64,000 bases of DNA. Source: Octopus vulgaris. Its lineage: Eukaryota. Under the pieces are notes generated by a model, which searched no databases, was not told the DNA's origin, and was given only the letters and a program-made list of their open reading frames with translations. The DNA lies in assembly GCA_951406725.2 (NCBI GenBank), contig OX597815.1:144522001-144586000 (forward strand), written 5' to 3'. Each line of letters begins with the position of its first letter. Position 1 is the first letter of the stretch. Of the stretch, positions 51,707 to 64,000 are shown one piece after another. Position numbers and translations under genes: made by a program.

Positions 51707-52425
51707 TCTACTACAGATGTGGGAAATTCTATTTGTGGGTATGTTTGTGAAGTTGTTAGCTAACTCCTCCTACATTGTTTTATCGATTTTGATGAAATTT
51801 GACACTTGAGTAGAACTCATGTCTGGAAACCTTATGGCATACTCAGGTTGTTGAAAAATATCGATAATAGGGCCCCTGGAATAGATCTTTATATATATCT
51901 AATATATTTTATTTTAAAAGCCAAGGGAAATAACCCATTAACCCTTGGAAGGAATCCTCATATATAGCCAAGGGAAATAATCCATTCATTTTCCTAAATC
52001 ATTTGGAATATATCAAATTGAGTATGCTTATTTCTTAGTATTTGAACTGTTAGAGTTATTTTCGTAATTTATCAAGTACAACCCTTAAACGAGTAAATAG
52101 TATTTTCCTAAACAATAGATCCACTTATTTCGGTTAGTGACTTATTCACGAATACATCAACACTAGCGCTCCTGAGGGAAATATTCTCTGGGAACGCACA
52201 AAAGTCCTTTTCAGAGTGATTTACTTTGAATTGTTATTATCTCATATCTGATTAGCCTGTTATTACATAACATGCTTCACGATTTTAGTATACATACCTT
52301 ATTAGTATTTCCGCCTGAGTTCTATATAGTCTGGGAACGCATTAAAGCCCTTTTCGGGGCTACTTTATTTGAATTCTTACTATCAGGTAACTAATTTCAT
52401 ATCATTACATAATTGACTTCACAGT
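51707..52425 (+). mobile_element. Helitron, 3'-truncated copy of the 3562-4450 family
   Basis: A|TCTACTACAGATGTGGGAAATTC start; collinear with the reverse complement of ~3760-4450. Confidence 0.85.
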
Positions 52426-52874
52426 AAGTGTTGTTTCCTGTTTGCCTCTATCTAGAAATCCAAGGAAATGACCACTTTCCCCTTCAAACTTCGCTTTTGT
52501 CATTTGGACATCAAGGTTTTGAAACTGACCTGTTTTCCCATTACATTGACAGATTCGGTGCCGAGTTGCTGAAGCAGAAATATCGTTATAACAAATATTC
52601 TGCTCAATACCACAGATTTGCTTGTCAATTGCTTGACTTTAACCAGATGACCATGTCCCTTAGCGACTGACCATATGTGCATCTCTGATGATAAGCAGGT
52701 ATAGTAGGGGAGCATCATAGCCATGGGTTGGGAGAGATTCTTTGGGGTTTGAATAAGTGCAACAAAAGCAAAAGCTGGAAGGAAATATTAACCATTTTCC
52801 ATACTTTCTAGGGGTGGGCAACTTGGAAGTAACAGTTGCTACTCAAGGACAAAAATCGTGTTACCCAGAGTAAT

Positions 52875-53068
52875 CTTTTACTTGTTTGATTCATTAGACT
52901 GTGGCCATGCTGGGGCACTGCCTTGAAGAATTTTTAGTCCAATGAATCGACCCCAGTACGTATTATCTTTTGAAACCGGGTACTTATTCTATTGGTGTCT
53001 TTTGCCGAACCGCAAAGTTACCGGGATGTAAATACACCAACACCGGTTATCAAGCGGTGTTGCGGAAT

Positions 53069-53107
<39 letters not shown>

Positions 53108-53255
53108 TTCCGTGTACCAGATCCACTCACAAGGCTTTAATCGGCCAGAGGCCATAGCAGAATACACTTGCTCCAGGTGCCACGCAGCGGGATTGAACCC
53201 GAAGCAATGCGGTTAGGAAGCAAACTTCTTACCACAGAGTCACGTCTGAGCCTAT
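52875..53255 (-). mobile_element. Family-B SINE
   Basis: Reverse complement of family B. Confidence 0.8.
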
Positions 53256-54419
53256 AAGCACACACGCACACACACACACGCACGTATATATGTATGCAAA
53301 TGAAGTTGTTTTATATAAACATGGTAAATGTTATCAAATGCTTATTATTATTCGAACGACCACAATGAGGTTATCTTTCCCCCACCTTCTCACCTTTTGA
53401 TGAAGAGAAAAAATAATAATTGATGTGAATGGCGTTCATCGTCTGTAAATGATAAAACTATATTTATGGAGACCCAAGGCCCAAAAGAGATATTTTGGTG
53501 AAATATATTGCCAATATGTTATCGATATATTATTTATACATAATATATATTATCTATATAACACAATGCCTCACAGAACATTTTGTGTGATCGTTTATGC
53601 ATACAGAACGAGGACGCCATGAAAGTACCACAAAGATTTTATTGATGGAGATGAAATATATTTCTTTAAAGTTAATGAAACATAGGTTCATTGATTTTGG
53701 TCCAAAGATAGCGCAGCAGAACGAGAAAGATGTTAGAAATAGGCATCGACCCAAATAACGAAATACGAGTAAATCTGCTTCACATCATCGTATCAATGTT
53801 CTATGACTAAAAAAAGGAATTTCATTCTTACAAACATGCCAGGCTGTCACGTAAGCAATAAATACAGGAGAAGCTTGACAATCTGTGAACAACACTTGCA
53901 TTTGTTATGTAAATTTGATAATTTACATACGTGAAGTTATGTCAAGATTACGGTGTTACATGACAATGTAATCGATCACCAGTCACAGGTGAAAGGATTG
54001 CACTCTATATGCTGTTCGTAACGTATGTATGTGCGTGCGTGCGTGCGTGCGTGTTTATCTGGTGCAATTTAAGCTTTAAATTCCGCGACAAATAACCGGT
54101 ATTCCTGTTTTTTGTTATGAATCTTGGGTTTGAGTGTTACGCAGAATATATGTAGAGTATAAAACAGAACAAAAGAGACTGCTTATTACAAAACATCTCA
54201 AAACCAATCGCTCATACTTTATTTTGATGTGTGTGTGTGTGTGTGTGTAAGCTTTTGTAAAATTAATTGATACAGTTACAGTAATAAAAAAAATGATTTT
54301 TTTTTTTCAAAAGTTTTTTAAGCATAAAAAAAATGCTTTTATTTAACAGAAAGTTGCTAACCTTTGTGGAAGAAGTTTATGTCTAGTGTGTATTTTGTGA
54401 ATAAGCGAAATCAACTATG

Positions 54420-54650
54420 AAAGACAAAAGAAGTATTATCTAATCGGTGCGGAGCCGACATTAGACTTCAATGAAGACATATAGAGAAACTCCATCAAAA
54501 ACTAGCTCGTCTTTCAATGGAGACATATAAAAACTAGCTCGATGCAGTTTTCGTCCGGGAAAAAATCCCTTTCACAATGTGTTAGGAGAGTCCCCTGGAA
54601 AGGTAGATTGACCGAGGAACTTAATAAGGAAATACGAAAACGCAAGAATC
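54420..54650 (+). mobile_element. Possible RTE LINE remnant
   Basis: LIGAEPTLDF and VRRVPWKGRLTEEL resemble LYGAETWTL and ILRIPWKDRVTNEEV. Confidence 0.35.
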
Positions 54651-54673
54651 AGGTATTATATTTAACATCCAAA

Positions 54674-55222
54674 CCGTGGTGCCCAACCCTTTTATTTAAA
54701 TGACTTTCCCACAGACCCCTTTTAATATACTTATTCTTAAGTATATATGTATGTATATATATTTCTCTATTACCCACAAGGGGACACAAGGACAGACAAA
54801 CGGATTAAGCCGATTACATCGACCCCAGTGCGAAACTGGTACTTTATTTATCGACCCCGGAAGGATGAAAGGCAAAGTCGACCTCGGCGGAATTAGAACT
54901 CAGAACGTAACGACAGACGAAATACCACAAAGCATTTCGTCCGGCGTGCTAACGTTTCTGCCAGCTCGCCGCCTTTATATGTATGTATATAGGGCGGCGA
55001 GCTGGCAGAATCGTTAACACGCTGGCCGAAATGCGTAGCGGTATTTCGCCTGTCGTTACGTTCTGAGTTCAAATTCCGCCGATGTCGACTTTGCCGTTCA
55101 TCCTCTCGGGGTCGATTAAATAAGTACCAGTTACGCACTGGGGCTGATGTAATCGACTTGCTGTCCTTGCTTGTCGCCTCTATGTTTACCCCCCTGTGGA
55201 CAATAAAGAAATATATCTGTAA

Positions 55223-55265
<43 letters not shown>

Positions 55266-55326
55266 TTTGAATTTACTTCACAAATCCCCAATACTACTTT
55301 TGTGGACTCTAGGTTGGGAACCACTG
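54674..55326. mobile_element. hAT-like MITE containing two head-to-head family-A SINEs (54760-54975 minus, 54993-55212 plus)
   Basis: Ends ccgtggtgcccaacc / ggttgggaaccactg; a matching end also occurs at ~23970-24041. Confidence 0.75.
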
Positions 55327-55594
55327 CCCTAACCACTAGAAGTGTGGCCTAGTGGTTAAGGTGGTGCACTCACGATCACTAGATCGTGGCTTCGATTCCA
55401 GGACTAGGCGGCGCGATGTGTTTTTTTCAGTAAAAGACTTTATTTCACGTTGCTTTCAGTCCACTCAACCGTAAATGGGTCACCCTGCAACAGAATAGCC
55501 TTCTGATCAGTGGGAAGTTAGCTTGCTCGCCTAACCAGTGTGGTGGCATCATACGAAAGGTAAAAATGATGCAAAGCACATCATGACTGGTGGG

Positions 55595-56053
55595 TGTTAC
55601 GTTCTAAAACCCCGCGCGATAGGTGAAATTCCACGAAGTAGAAACAGTATTGTACTGTATATTTATTATTATCATTATTATCTATATATATTTATTTTAT
55701 TATAAATGCAAAACAACACCGCACACTTGCCTCCCGAGTTTCGTTTGCCATACAGTATGTGCTATTCTTTATTCATCTTCGGTACACTACGTATTTTCTT
55801 TTAATATATTTTCATTAATGTCTTATACAGTGCAGTGATGTACTGTATTTCTATTTATTAATTTTTAGGCGTGAAAATGCTTATTTTACCACAGAAATAA
55901 TTAAAATAAAAAAAATTATAAATATCTATCGGTCGCATAAACCCGCGATATACTGAGGAGTCCGCGATATAAATCTACATACATTAGCCACAAAAATCCG
56001 CGATGTAGTGAAGGTGCGATAGGTGAACCGCAATATGGCGTGTGATTACTGTA
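55595..56053 (+). mobile_element. Tigger/MER2-like MITE
   Basis: Repeated ccgcgata/gcgataggtgaa motifs and gattactgTA terminus. Confidence 0.65.
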
Positions 56054-56444
56054 TAACAACATCTAATAGTCACATTGTCACGTGATATTATAATGTGAGT
56101 ATGCGTGCGCGTGCGCGTCAGCCGCAATGAGATGTGAAAGAACACTAAGTTAACGGTTCACGCCAAGGTTGGAATCTACAGAGCTTGCGTTCTTAGTGCG
56201 CTGCATTATGGCAGTGTGACCTGGAGCATCTATTCAAGAAGTATGTGGTACAGCAACTTCAACTAGGGAGAATAATTGTGTATCTGCTGCTTTATATGAA
56301 GTAATGGTGTGCTGTATGTTTATACATAAATGGAAAATAACGTCTTGTTTTCAGAAGTGACTACGTGAGTGAATGAGAGAAGGGAAAGTATGAAACGCCA
56401 GCAGTGGCAAAATATGTTATAAGTTCTATAGTAGAAATAAATTC

Positions 56445-57000
56445 ATATCTTTTCTGCTCTAGGAACAAGGCCCGAAATTTTGGTATTTAATTTATCGACC
56501 CCGAGAAGATGAAAGTAAAGTCGACCTCGGTGGAATTTGAACTCAGAACAAAAAGACAGACGAAATACCGCTAACGTTTCTTATTTCTTTATTACCCACA
56601 AAGGGCTAAAGATAGAGGGGACAAACAAGGACAGACAAAGGGGTTAAGTTGATTACATCGATCCCAGTGCGTAACTGGTACTTAATTTATCGGCCCCGAA
56701 AGGATGAAAGGCAAAGTCGACTTCGGCGGAATTTGAACTCAGAATGTAAAGACAGACGAAATACCTATTTCTTTATTACCCACAAGGGGCTAAACATAGA
56801 GGGGACAAACAAGGACAGACATGGGTATTAAGTCGATTACATCGACCCCAGTGCGTAACTGGTACTTTAATTTATCGACCCCGAAAGGATGAAAGGCAAA
56901 GTCGACCTCGGCGGAATTTGAACTCAGAATGTAAAGACAGACGAAATATACCGCTAAGCATTTCGCCCGGTGTGCTAACGTTTGTGCCAGCTTGCCGCCT
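56445..57000 (-). mobile_element. Family-A SINE trimer
   Basis: Three tandem reverse-complement units. Confidence 0.88.
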
Positions 57001-58476
57001 TTCATTTCGAGCTAAGTTTACGATCAGGTTTCGATTCCGAGATGTAACCATTTCACTTGACGTGCCTTTAGGCCACTGACAAAACTGTATGCATCACAGC
57101 TCCTTACTTTCCATCATTAAGAAGAAAAAAGAAAAAAAGGAACCTTAGGTTCCGAAACTCCTGCAGGAAAGTAATATCTCTTCAGTGTATCCCTCCCAAG
57201 AGACATGGCAGGCGATATCGAGATAGGCAGATGTTTCGGGGAGGATTTAAAGACGAACAGTTCCTTTCCTGATATAGTACAGCTTAATTAGACTTAACGA
57301 TTTTTATGCTTTAGTTAAACTTACAGATAAGAAAGAAGTTCTGTAGTTTATTTCGAGAGGCCAGATTTAAGAAGAAAAAAATGTTACATTTTGTTCTAAA
57401 AATTACTAGATTCTTACACGTTTTGTTTTACTTTTCGTGAAATCATTTAAAAATGTACATTAGTTTTTAAAGCATTTGGGATAAGTGAGAAACTTGACCC
57501 GTAAGAAGGAAACCCTAACTGCTGCTGCCGTAGCTACTACTACTGCTGCTTCTATTCATTGACAGAAGGCACGAATATTTGTGAGGCGGGTGTATATTTC
57601 TATATTTACTACCAATATCAATGTCGATTTGAGACTGAGAACATTACTCTAGGATAATTCAATTCAGAAACTATAGATAAGTTGGGATTTTCACTTTTTT
57701 TTTTTCTTTTTTTTTTTGCCCTCATCAACAAAACTGACATCTCCGATTTCAAAGGTTTCATCTAGTCACTCTTATAAGTACATAACTGGAATATTCTAGA
57801 TTAGGTTACGTTACTATGTACGACTACGAACGAGGGCTGCTTTCGAAATGCAGTATTTGACTTGAGCCATCTGTATCCCAAGTTCATGCAACAGTAATAA
57901 CAACATCCGTTTATTTACAAACAAATTTTCGCAGCTGAAATTGCTTTCACTGTTCTGTTCTACAAACCTCTTTTATTTTATTCTCGTTTTTATTCCCTTT
58001 TAAAATCCTCTTTCTACAACCACCAACATCGCCTGCTAATAAACAAACCATTTATTTCCTTTAATATTCATTCAATACTTCTCTCAATCTGTCTGTTTAT
58101 CCTTATCAATTTTACCACTCTCCTCCTCGCTCACTCTTCGTATCTATCTATCTTTTTCTAACCGATTTTCTTTTCTATCTCTATACCCCACCAATTAGAA
58201 TGAATCTCCTCTCAGTGCATAAACATGCTTCTTTCGATTTAACCTCTCTTTATCTTTCGTTGCCGTTTGCTTTTTGCCGGTTTCACACAGAGGCCATTTA
58301 TCATTGAAGTCCTACCCTATTTTATTTATTCTATGTTCCTCTCCCCTCTGTTTCTCTCACTCTCTCTTTCTATATATGTTTATACGCACATATTTGTTCT
58401 GCAAGATTCTTAATGTAAAATCCTGTGTTGAAACAGATGTTTTATCATGGGAAGGTTATAATTATTATTATTATTA

Positions 58477-58840
58477 AGGCGGCGAGCTGGCACAATCGTT
58501 AGCACGCCGGGCGAAATGCGTAGCCGTATTTCGTCTGCCGTTACGTTCTGAGTTCAAATTCCGCCGAGGTCGACATTGCCTTTCATCCTTTCGGGGTCGA
58601 TAAATTAAGTACCAGTTACGCACTGGGGTCGATGTAATCGACTTAATCCGTTTGTCTGTCCTTGTTTGTCCTCTCTGTGTTTAGCCCCTTATGGGTAGTA
58701 AAGAAATAGGTATTTCGTCCGTCTTCGCGTTCTGGGTTCAAATTCCGGCCAGATCGATTTTGCCTTTCATCCTTTCGGGGTCGATGAAATAAATACCAGT
58801 GAAATACTGGGCTCGATGTAATCGACTGTCTCCCTCCCTA
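58477..58840 (+). mobile_element. Family-A SINE dimer
   Basis: Near-consensus head and body. Confidence 0.9.
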
Positions 58841-59200
58841 CAAATACGAAAGATCGTGGCTTCAATTTCCGGACTGAGCATTGTGTTCTTGAGGAAGATA
58901 CTTTCGTTTCACGTTACTCTACTATCACTTCAGCATCTGCTATGTGGCACACTGTACACCTGTCCATGGAGTGCCGATTTGATGGAGGAAATGCAGAGAC
59001 GTATAGCACAAACATTTGATCATTATAAACAAGTCATTTGTGCACCGTTGTTGAACAGGAAATTGCAGAACCGTCATCTGTCGTTTACAACTAGAGTCCA
59101 CCATATAATTTAAATCAGTTTGATTCGGCCCCATGCGACTTACGTTTCGTAGGGTTCTTACAGAAACCTAGCTCACTGGGCTCAGTTAACACACACACAC

Positions 59201-59619
59201 ATCGTTGCTATTGTGTTAAACTGTCATATGTCCAAATTTGGCCAAATGCATTTTTTTTTTTCAGTATTTAATTTTGCTTGCAAAAGCCGGTTCTTTTGGT
59301 CAAACTAACACACCTCCAGCTGCTTCAGATGTCAAAATATGAAAATTGTCAAAGTGTAATACAACGGTTTAGCATTTTTCAAAAGTGTAGTAAGTCCCAC
59401 ATCCGGCAGTTTTGTAAAAATATTTCTGACTGAAAATATCATACATGCATGGAGTAACGATTTTATGCACCCAACAATGTATTATTGTTAAGCTGAAACT
59501 GTTGCTAATGTAAAAAGAAATGGAATGGTGAAACTATTTTTTCGTTTTCTGAAAAAAAAAAAAAAAACGAAAAAAAAAAACGTTTTGAACTGACGACAAT
59601 TTTGCATAATAGCAACGAT
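59201..59619. mobile_element. MITE with ~36-bp TIRs
   Basis: atcgttgctattgtgttaaactgtc... versus ...gacaattttgcataatagcaacgat. Confidence 0.7.
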
Positions 59620-60314
59620 ATATATATATATCGCCAGCATTCTATCCGTCAGTTTTCGCTATTCATCATCACAGATTCTAGAAATTTGGTAAACCAAATA
59701 AACTGAAGTATATTTATGTTTTTTGTCACAGAATTATTTCTACTTATATTTTTTTAATGCCTCTTACATTCAGTATGTTAACGCTAACTTTATTATTTTT
59801 CTATCACAGAGCTAATGTATTTCTTCCGCATCTTATAGCTATCTCTAATTAACTTGGTATATTAATGTTCTTGACATTAACACTAGCTTAACCAGCTTAC
59901 ATTCGAGAGAGATTGTCATGCTGGTAATACCATACTCTATCGTTATTGTAACTACTATTGTTTGGTTTCTAATATCATCTACAGTCGTGAAGCTTCACTT
60001 AATTTCATTGGTCAACTAAGAAATTGAGCAGTTTACAACTAGCTAGAAGTTCGGTTAACTTAATATACCATCGTATATTTATGTTTTTATTTGCTACATA
60101 ATTGTTTCTGCTTATCAGTTTAATACCCATTATATTCAGTACGTTAACACTAACTATTATTTTTCGTGCAGATGACATCTCTAAGTTATTAAAACCGGTA
60201 ACTTATTTGCTTTTAATTACGCCATTTTTCCATACCTACACGCGTAATGTTGTAAGTCATTATAGTTAAAATATTATATACATGATTATCTGTACAATAA
60301 GACATATCTACTTA

Positions 60315-61186
60315 CGAGGTGGTATCAAAAAGTTCTTGGACTAGTTCCGTAGCGCGCTGACAGATGGCAGCATACGGTTGCGTGCGCAGTGAGAACTAGT
60401 AGTAACTTTCATGAGGCAGTGTTCCGAGTAATACCGCTGCGTTTACTTCGCAAGTTGTGAAATTTGTGTATTGATGATCTCATGTATGCTGCAGTCTGCG
60501 ATTTTATCAAAGAGCCAACGTAAAATATTGCATTAAACTTGGCAAGTCTGCTATGAAGACACTGAGTATGCTTCGGCAAGCTTATGGTGACGAGGTAATG
60601 GTCGTACGCAAAGTTTCGAGTGACAGGGGGCGCTTCAAAAGCGGAAGAACGTCCATGGAAGATGATGAGCAATCTGGAAGACCAGCCATGAGCGTCACTT
60701 CAGGAAATGTGGTATTATGAGCGTCACTTCAGGAAATGCATCAAGAATTCGTCCCCAAGGGCCAGGTCGTCAGTCGAGAGTTCTACTGCAATGTTCTGAA
60801 GCTTTTGATGGGGGACATTCGGCGAAAGTGACCGGGTCCCTAGATTCTTCACAGCAACAAGGCATCCTGTTGCCGAGATCTCCCCACTCGTGAGTTTCTC
60901 GCCAAAGACAACATGATATCGCTTCCACACCCGCCTCATTCGCCAGATTTAGCACCTGCGGACTTGCATCTCTTCTCCAAGATGAAAATGCAGCTCGCCG
61001 TTTTAATACCGTTGTCAGGATCCAGAGTGAATCGCAGAAGGTCCTAGACTCGAAAAGTGGCAGGAACGCTAGAACCGGTGTATTGCTGCACAAGGTGACT
61101 AATTCAAAGGAGATGTTAAAACTTAGGTAAATAAGTTATTTTTTTATTAAGCATAGCTAGTCCGGGAACCTTTTGATACCACATCA
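60315..61186 (+). mobile_element. Internally deleted mariner transposon (pseudogene)
   Basis: 30-bp TIRs with TA TSDs; QRANVKYCIKLGKSA...LRQAYGDE...RFKSGRTSMEDDEQSGRP (HTH) and PHPPHSPDLAPADLHLF (YSPDLAP motif). Confidence 0.92.
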
Positions 61187-61811
61187 TAGTTACTCTCAGT
61201 ATTATTTCAGGAGGTATGGTGACATCTATACTTCGCTAATGAAATCTAATTAGTCAGAAATACGTTCTGAGTTATCCCCTCTCCCAACTTGCTAAAATGT
61301 TTAAAATAATATCAGTCATAGAGCGAAGGTATGTTTTCACACCACGTAATTATTTCTTATTAGTTCTTTTTCAATGCTCCTCGCATGAAATACATATATT
61401 AACACTAACATAACAAGTGTATATTTGGAAGGCATTGTCTTGCAGTTGTTTGAATTTTGATAACACCACACCTCATCGTTATCGGAACAACCCTTGGTTG
61501 GTTTCTGACGCCACTAACAATTATGAAGCTTCACTTAATTTCATTGGTCAGTTAAGATATTGAGCAGCTTGTAGCGAGCTACATTATAAAACGGCTCTTA
61601 ATCAAATGTTGAGTAAACTAATTTGCATATTGCCGCGAATTTGATAATGTTAGCACGCGCGCGCGCGACGGGCTTCCTCTACCATATTCATTCGCGAGGC
61701 TTTCGTCGACCCTGGGGTATAGAAGACACCTGCCCAAGGCTCCACGCAGTGGGACTGAACCCGAAACTTGCTCCTATAGTTAAGTTACTTTGAATAAATT
61801 TAATGTAGGAA

Positions 61812-62120
61812 ATATTCTTTTCTACTCTAGGCACAAGACCCGAAATTTGGTGGGGTGGGGGGGCAGTTGATTAGATCGACCCCAGAAAGCATTTGGTACT
61901 TAATTTATCGACCCCGAAAGGATAAAAGGCAAAGTCGACCTCGGCGGTATTTGAACGCGGAACATAAAGACAGATGAAATACCTATTTCTTTACTACCCA
62001 CAAGGGGCTAAACACAGAGAGGACAAACAAGGACAGACAAACGGATTAAGTCGATTATATCGATCCCCAGTACGTAACTAGTACTTAATTTATCGACCCC
62101 GAAAGGATGAAAGGTAAAGT
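61812..62120 (-). mobile_element. Family-A SINE
   Basis: Reverse-complement family-A motifs. Confidence 0.85.
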
Positions 62121-62589
62121 TAACGTCCCCGTAACCTAGCAGTTCAACAAAAGAGACCAACTGAATAAGCGCCAAGCTTTAAAAAATTTAAGTATTGTGA
62201 TCGATTCGTTCGACTAAAACTTATTCAAAGCAGTACTCCAGCATGGCCGCGGTCTAATGAGTGAACCAGATAAAAGATATGATGATCATCACCAGGGTGG
62301 TATCGAAAATGAAACACTTCAAAACCAGACCACTGCCAAACTATCTCTTCGTTGCTGCAAAACAAAAACAAATAAGACGATTCCTTCACGGTGAGGAAAT
62401 TGGAAGTCTGGTGGTGATAACGAGAGAGAAACAGACACAACACCATTCCTAAGATTCTTGCCCAGAGATTAAACATCAACAACTACTACCATTAGCAGAG
62501 GAGAAAACGTCTAGAGAGCAACCTATCCTGCTGGAAATACCAGCTAAGTCGCCTTCATATCTATCATATCCTATTGGGTATAAAAACAT

Positions 62590-63145
62590 ATGGCTGCGTG
62601 GTAAGAAGTTTGCTTCCCAAACACATGGCTTGAGTTTCAGTCCCAATACATGGTACCTTCGGCAGGTGTCTTCTTCTACAGCCTCAGTTTGATGAAAGCC
62701 TTGTGAGTGGATTTGGTAAACGGAAAATGAAGGAAGCCCGTCGTGTGTGTATGTGTGTATATATATATATATAGATATATATATATATATACTTGCAATA
62801 GCAAGCTACAAATTTAATATGAAGAATCTTTATTAGAAATCTAACTTTGGATCCCCCAAAGTAAAACTGTTCTAATTGAACTCAACCTTTCTCTTATATT
62901 ATAAGTGTGTGTGTGTGCATGTTGTGTGTGTATTTATTCCTCGCCACCGCTTGACAACTTGCGTAGATTTGTTTACGTCCCCGTAAACCTAGCGATTCGG
63001 CAAAAGTGACTAATCAAATAAGTACCAGGCTTTAAAAGCAAACAGAAAAGAACATAAATACAGGGATCGATTTCTCCGACTAAAACCCTTCAAGTCGGTG
63101 CCCCAGCATGGCCGTACTCTAGTGACTGAAACAATTAGAAGATAC
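62590..63145 (+). mobile_element. Family-B SINE with extra sequence in its microsatellite
   Basis: Head tggctgcgtggtaag; tail gactgaaacaattagaaga. Confidence 0.75.
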
Positions 63146-63449
63146 ATTCGATAATGTACACTCAGTTATACTACACACACACACACACACACATTTGTGT
63201 ACATATGCATAAATAGATGGGATGGTCACAGACTAATTTTCGACGATAGGCCTACTCTGGGTTAAACAGTAATCACACTTTGTTTCGTCTGTAAAATTAA
63301 AAAAAAACCGGAAGGTCTTGAATCGTTGACGGAGCTTGGAACGTTTTATTCCAAAATATAAGATATTAATATTTCATATTTGGAACATAGCCAAGGTCTT
63401 CAAACACGCGCGAGTACTCACAAACACACTATTTCCATATAACTATAAC

Positions 63450-63654
63450 ATAGACAAACAGACAGGAAGAGAAAGAGAGACAGAGACAGACAGACAGACA
63501 GGCAGATAGATAGACGAAAAAGCATGCAGACTGATAGACAGACAGATTGATAGATAAAACCAGACAGGCAGACAGACAAGGAGACCGATAGACGGATAGA
63601 TAAAGACAGACAGAGATAGATAGATAGAGAGAGAGGGGGGGCAGACAGAGAGAC

Positions 63655-63702
<48 letters not shown>

Positions 63703-63710
63703 ATAGATAG
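63450..63710. repeat. (GACA)/(GATA)/(GA) microsatellite
   Basis: Directly visible. Confidence 0.9.
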
Positions 63711-64000
63711 ATTTCTTTAATGGCCACGCAGGGCTAAACACAGAAGGGACAAAATACAAAGTAGAGCTTTTCTTTTTGGGAAGAAGAGAAGGGGGAAAAA
63801 CATAAAAAAAGGGGGGTGAATTCCGATCAAAAGGGAACGTGAAAAGAAAAAAGAGAAAAAGGGAGGATCGTGTATCACAGTAATGTCAATGTAAAGGGGG
63901 AAAACAGATTAGGTTTGTCCGTGGATAGAAAAGCCTACGGAAAAGACCACGGGAACCTTGGGCAATAGTGTCATGCAAAAAAAAAACATTATAGTAAGTG
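63711..64000 (-). mobile_element. Probable Tx1/L1-like LINE 3' UTR running off the window
   Basis: Minus terminus tttgtattttgtcccttctgtgtttagccctgcgtggccattaaagaaat resembles the end of the 7297-8260 LINE; no coding part in the window. Confidence 0.5.

Overview
AT-rich, repeat-saturated eukaryotic DNA, most likely a coleoid cephalopod (Octopus-like; inferred from the SINE families, the dense (TA)/(CA)/(GA)/(GATA)/(TAA) microsatellites and an expanded-V7 18S fragment). No intact host protein-coding gene is recognisable, and nearly all ORFs in the track are microsatellite or SINE artefacts. The window holds four recurrent SINE families (labelled A-D here), decayed LINEs (Tx1/L1, CR1, L2/Crack-like, RTE), non-autonomous Helitrons/Helentron, an internally deleted mariner, hAT/Tigger/foldback MITEs and a degenerate 18S rRNA fragment. 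The most notable signal is a set of about seven minimal type-I hammerhead-ribozyme motifs in short non-coding Penelope-like elements of at least four families, often in (TA)n tracts. One family shares a non-canonical core (CUGUNGA). Other signals are several near-perfect 80-92 bp palindromes at element ends, a SINE tail shared with a Tx1-like LINE, an adjacent CRE+CArG motif pair and a PHD-finger-like exon remnant. All family names come from motif recognition by eye, not database searches.
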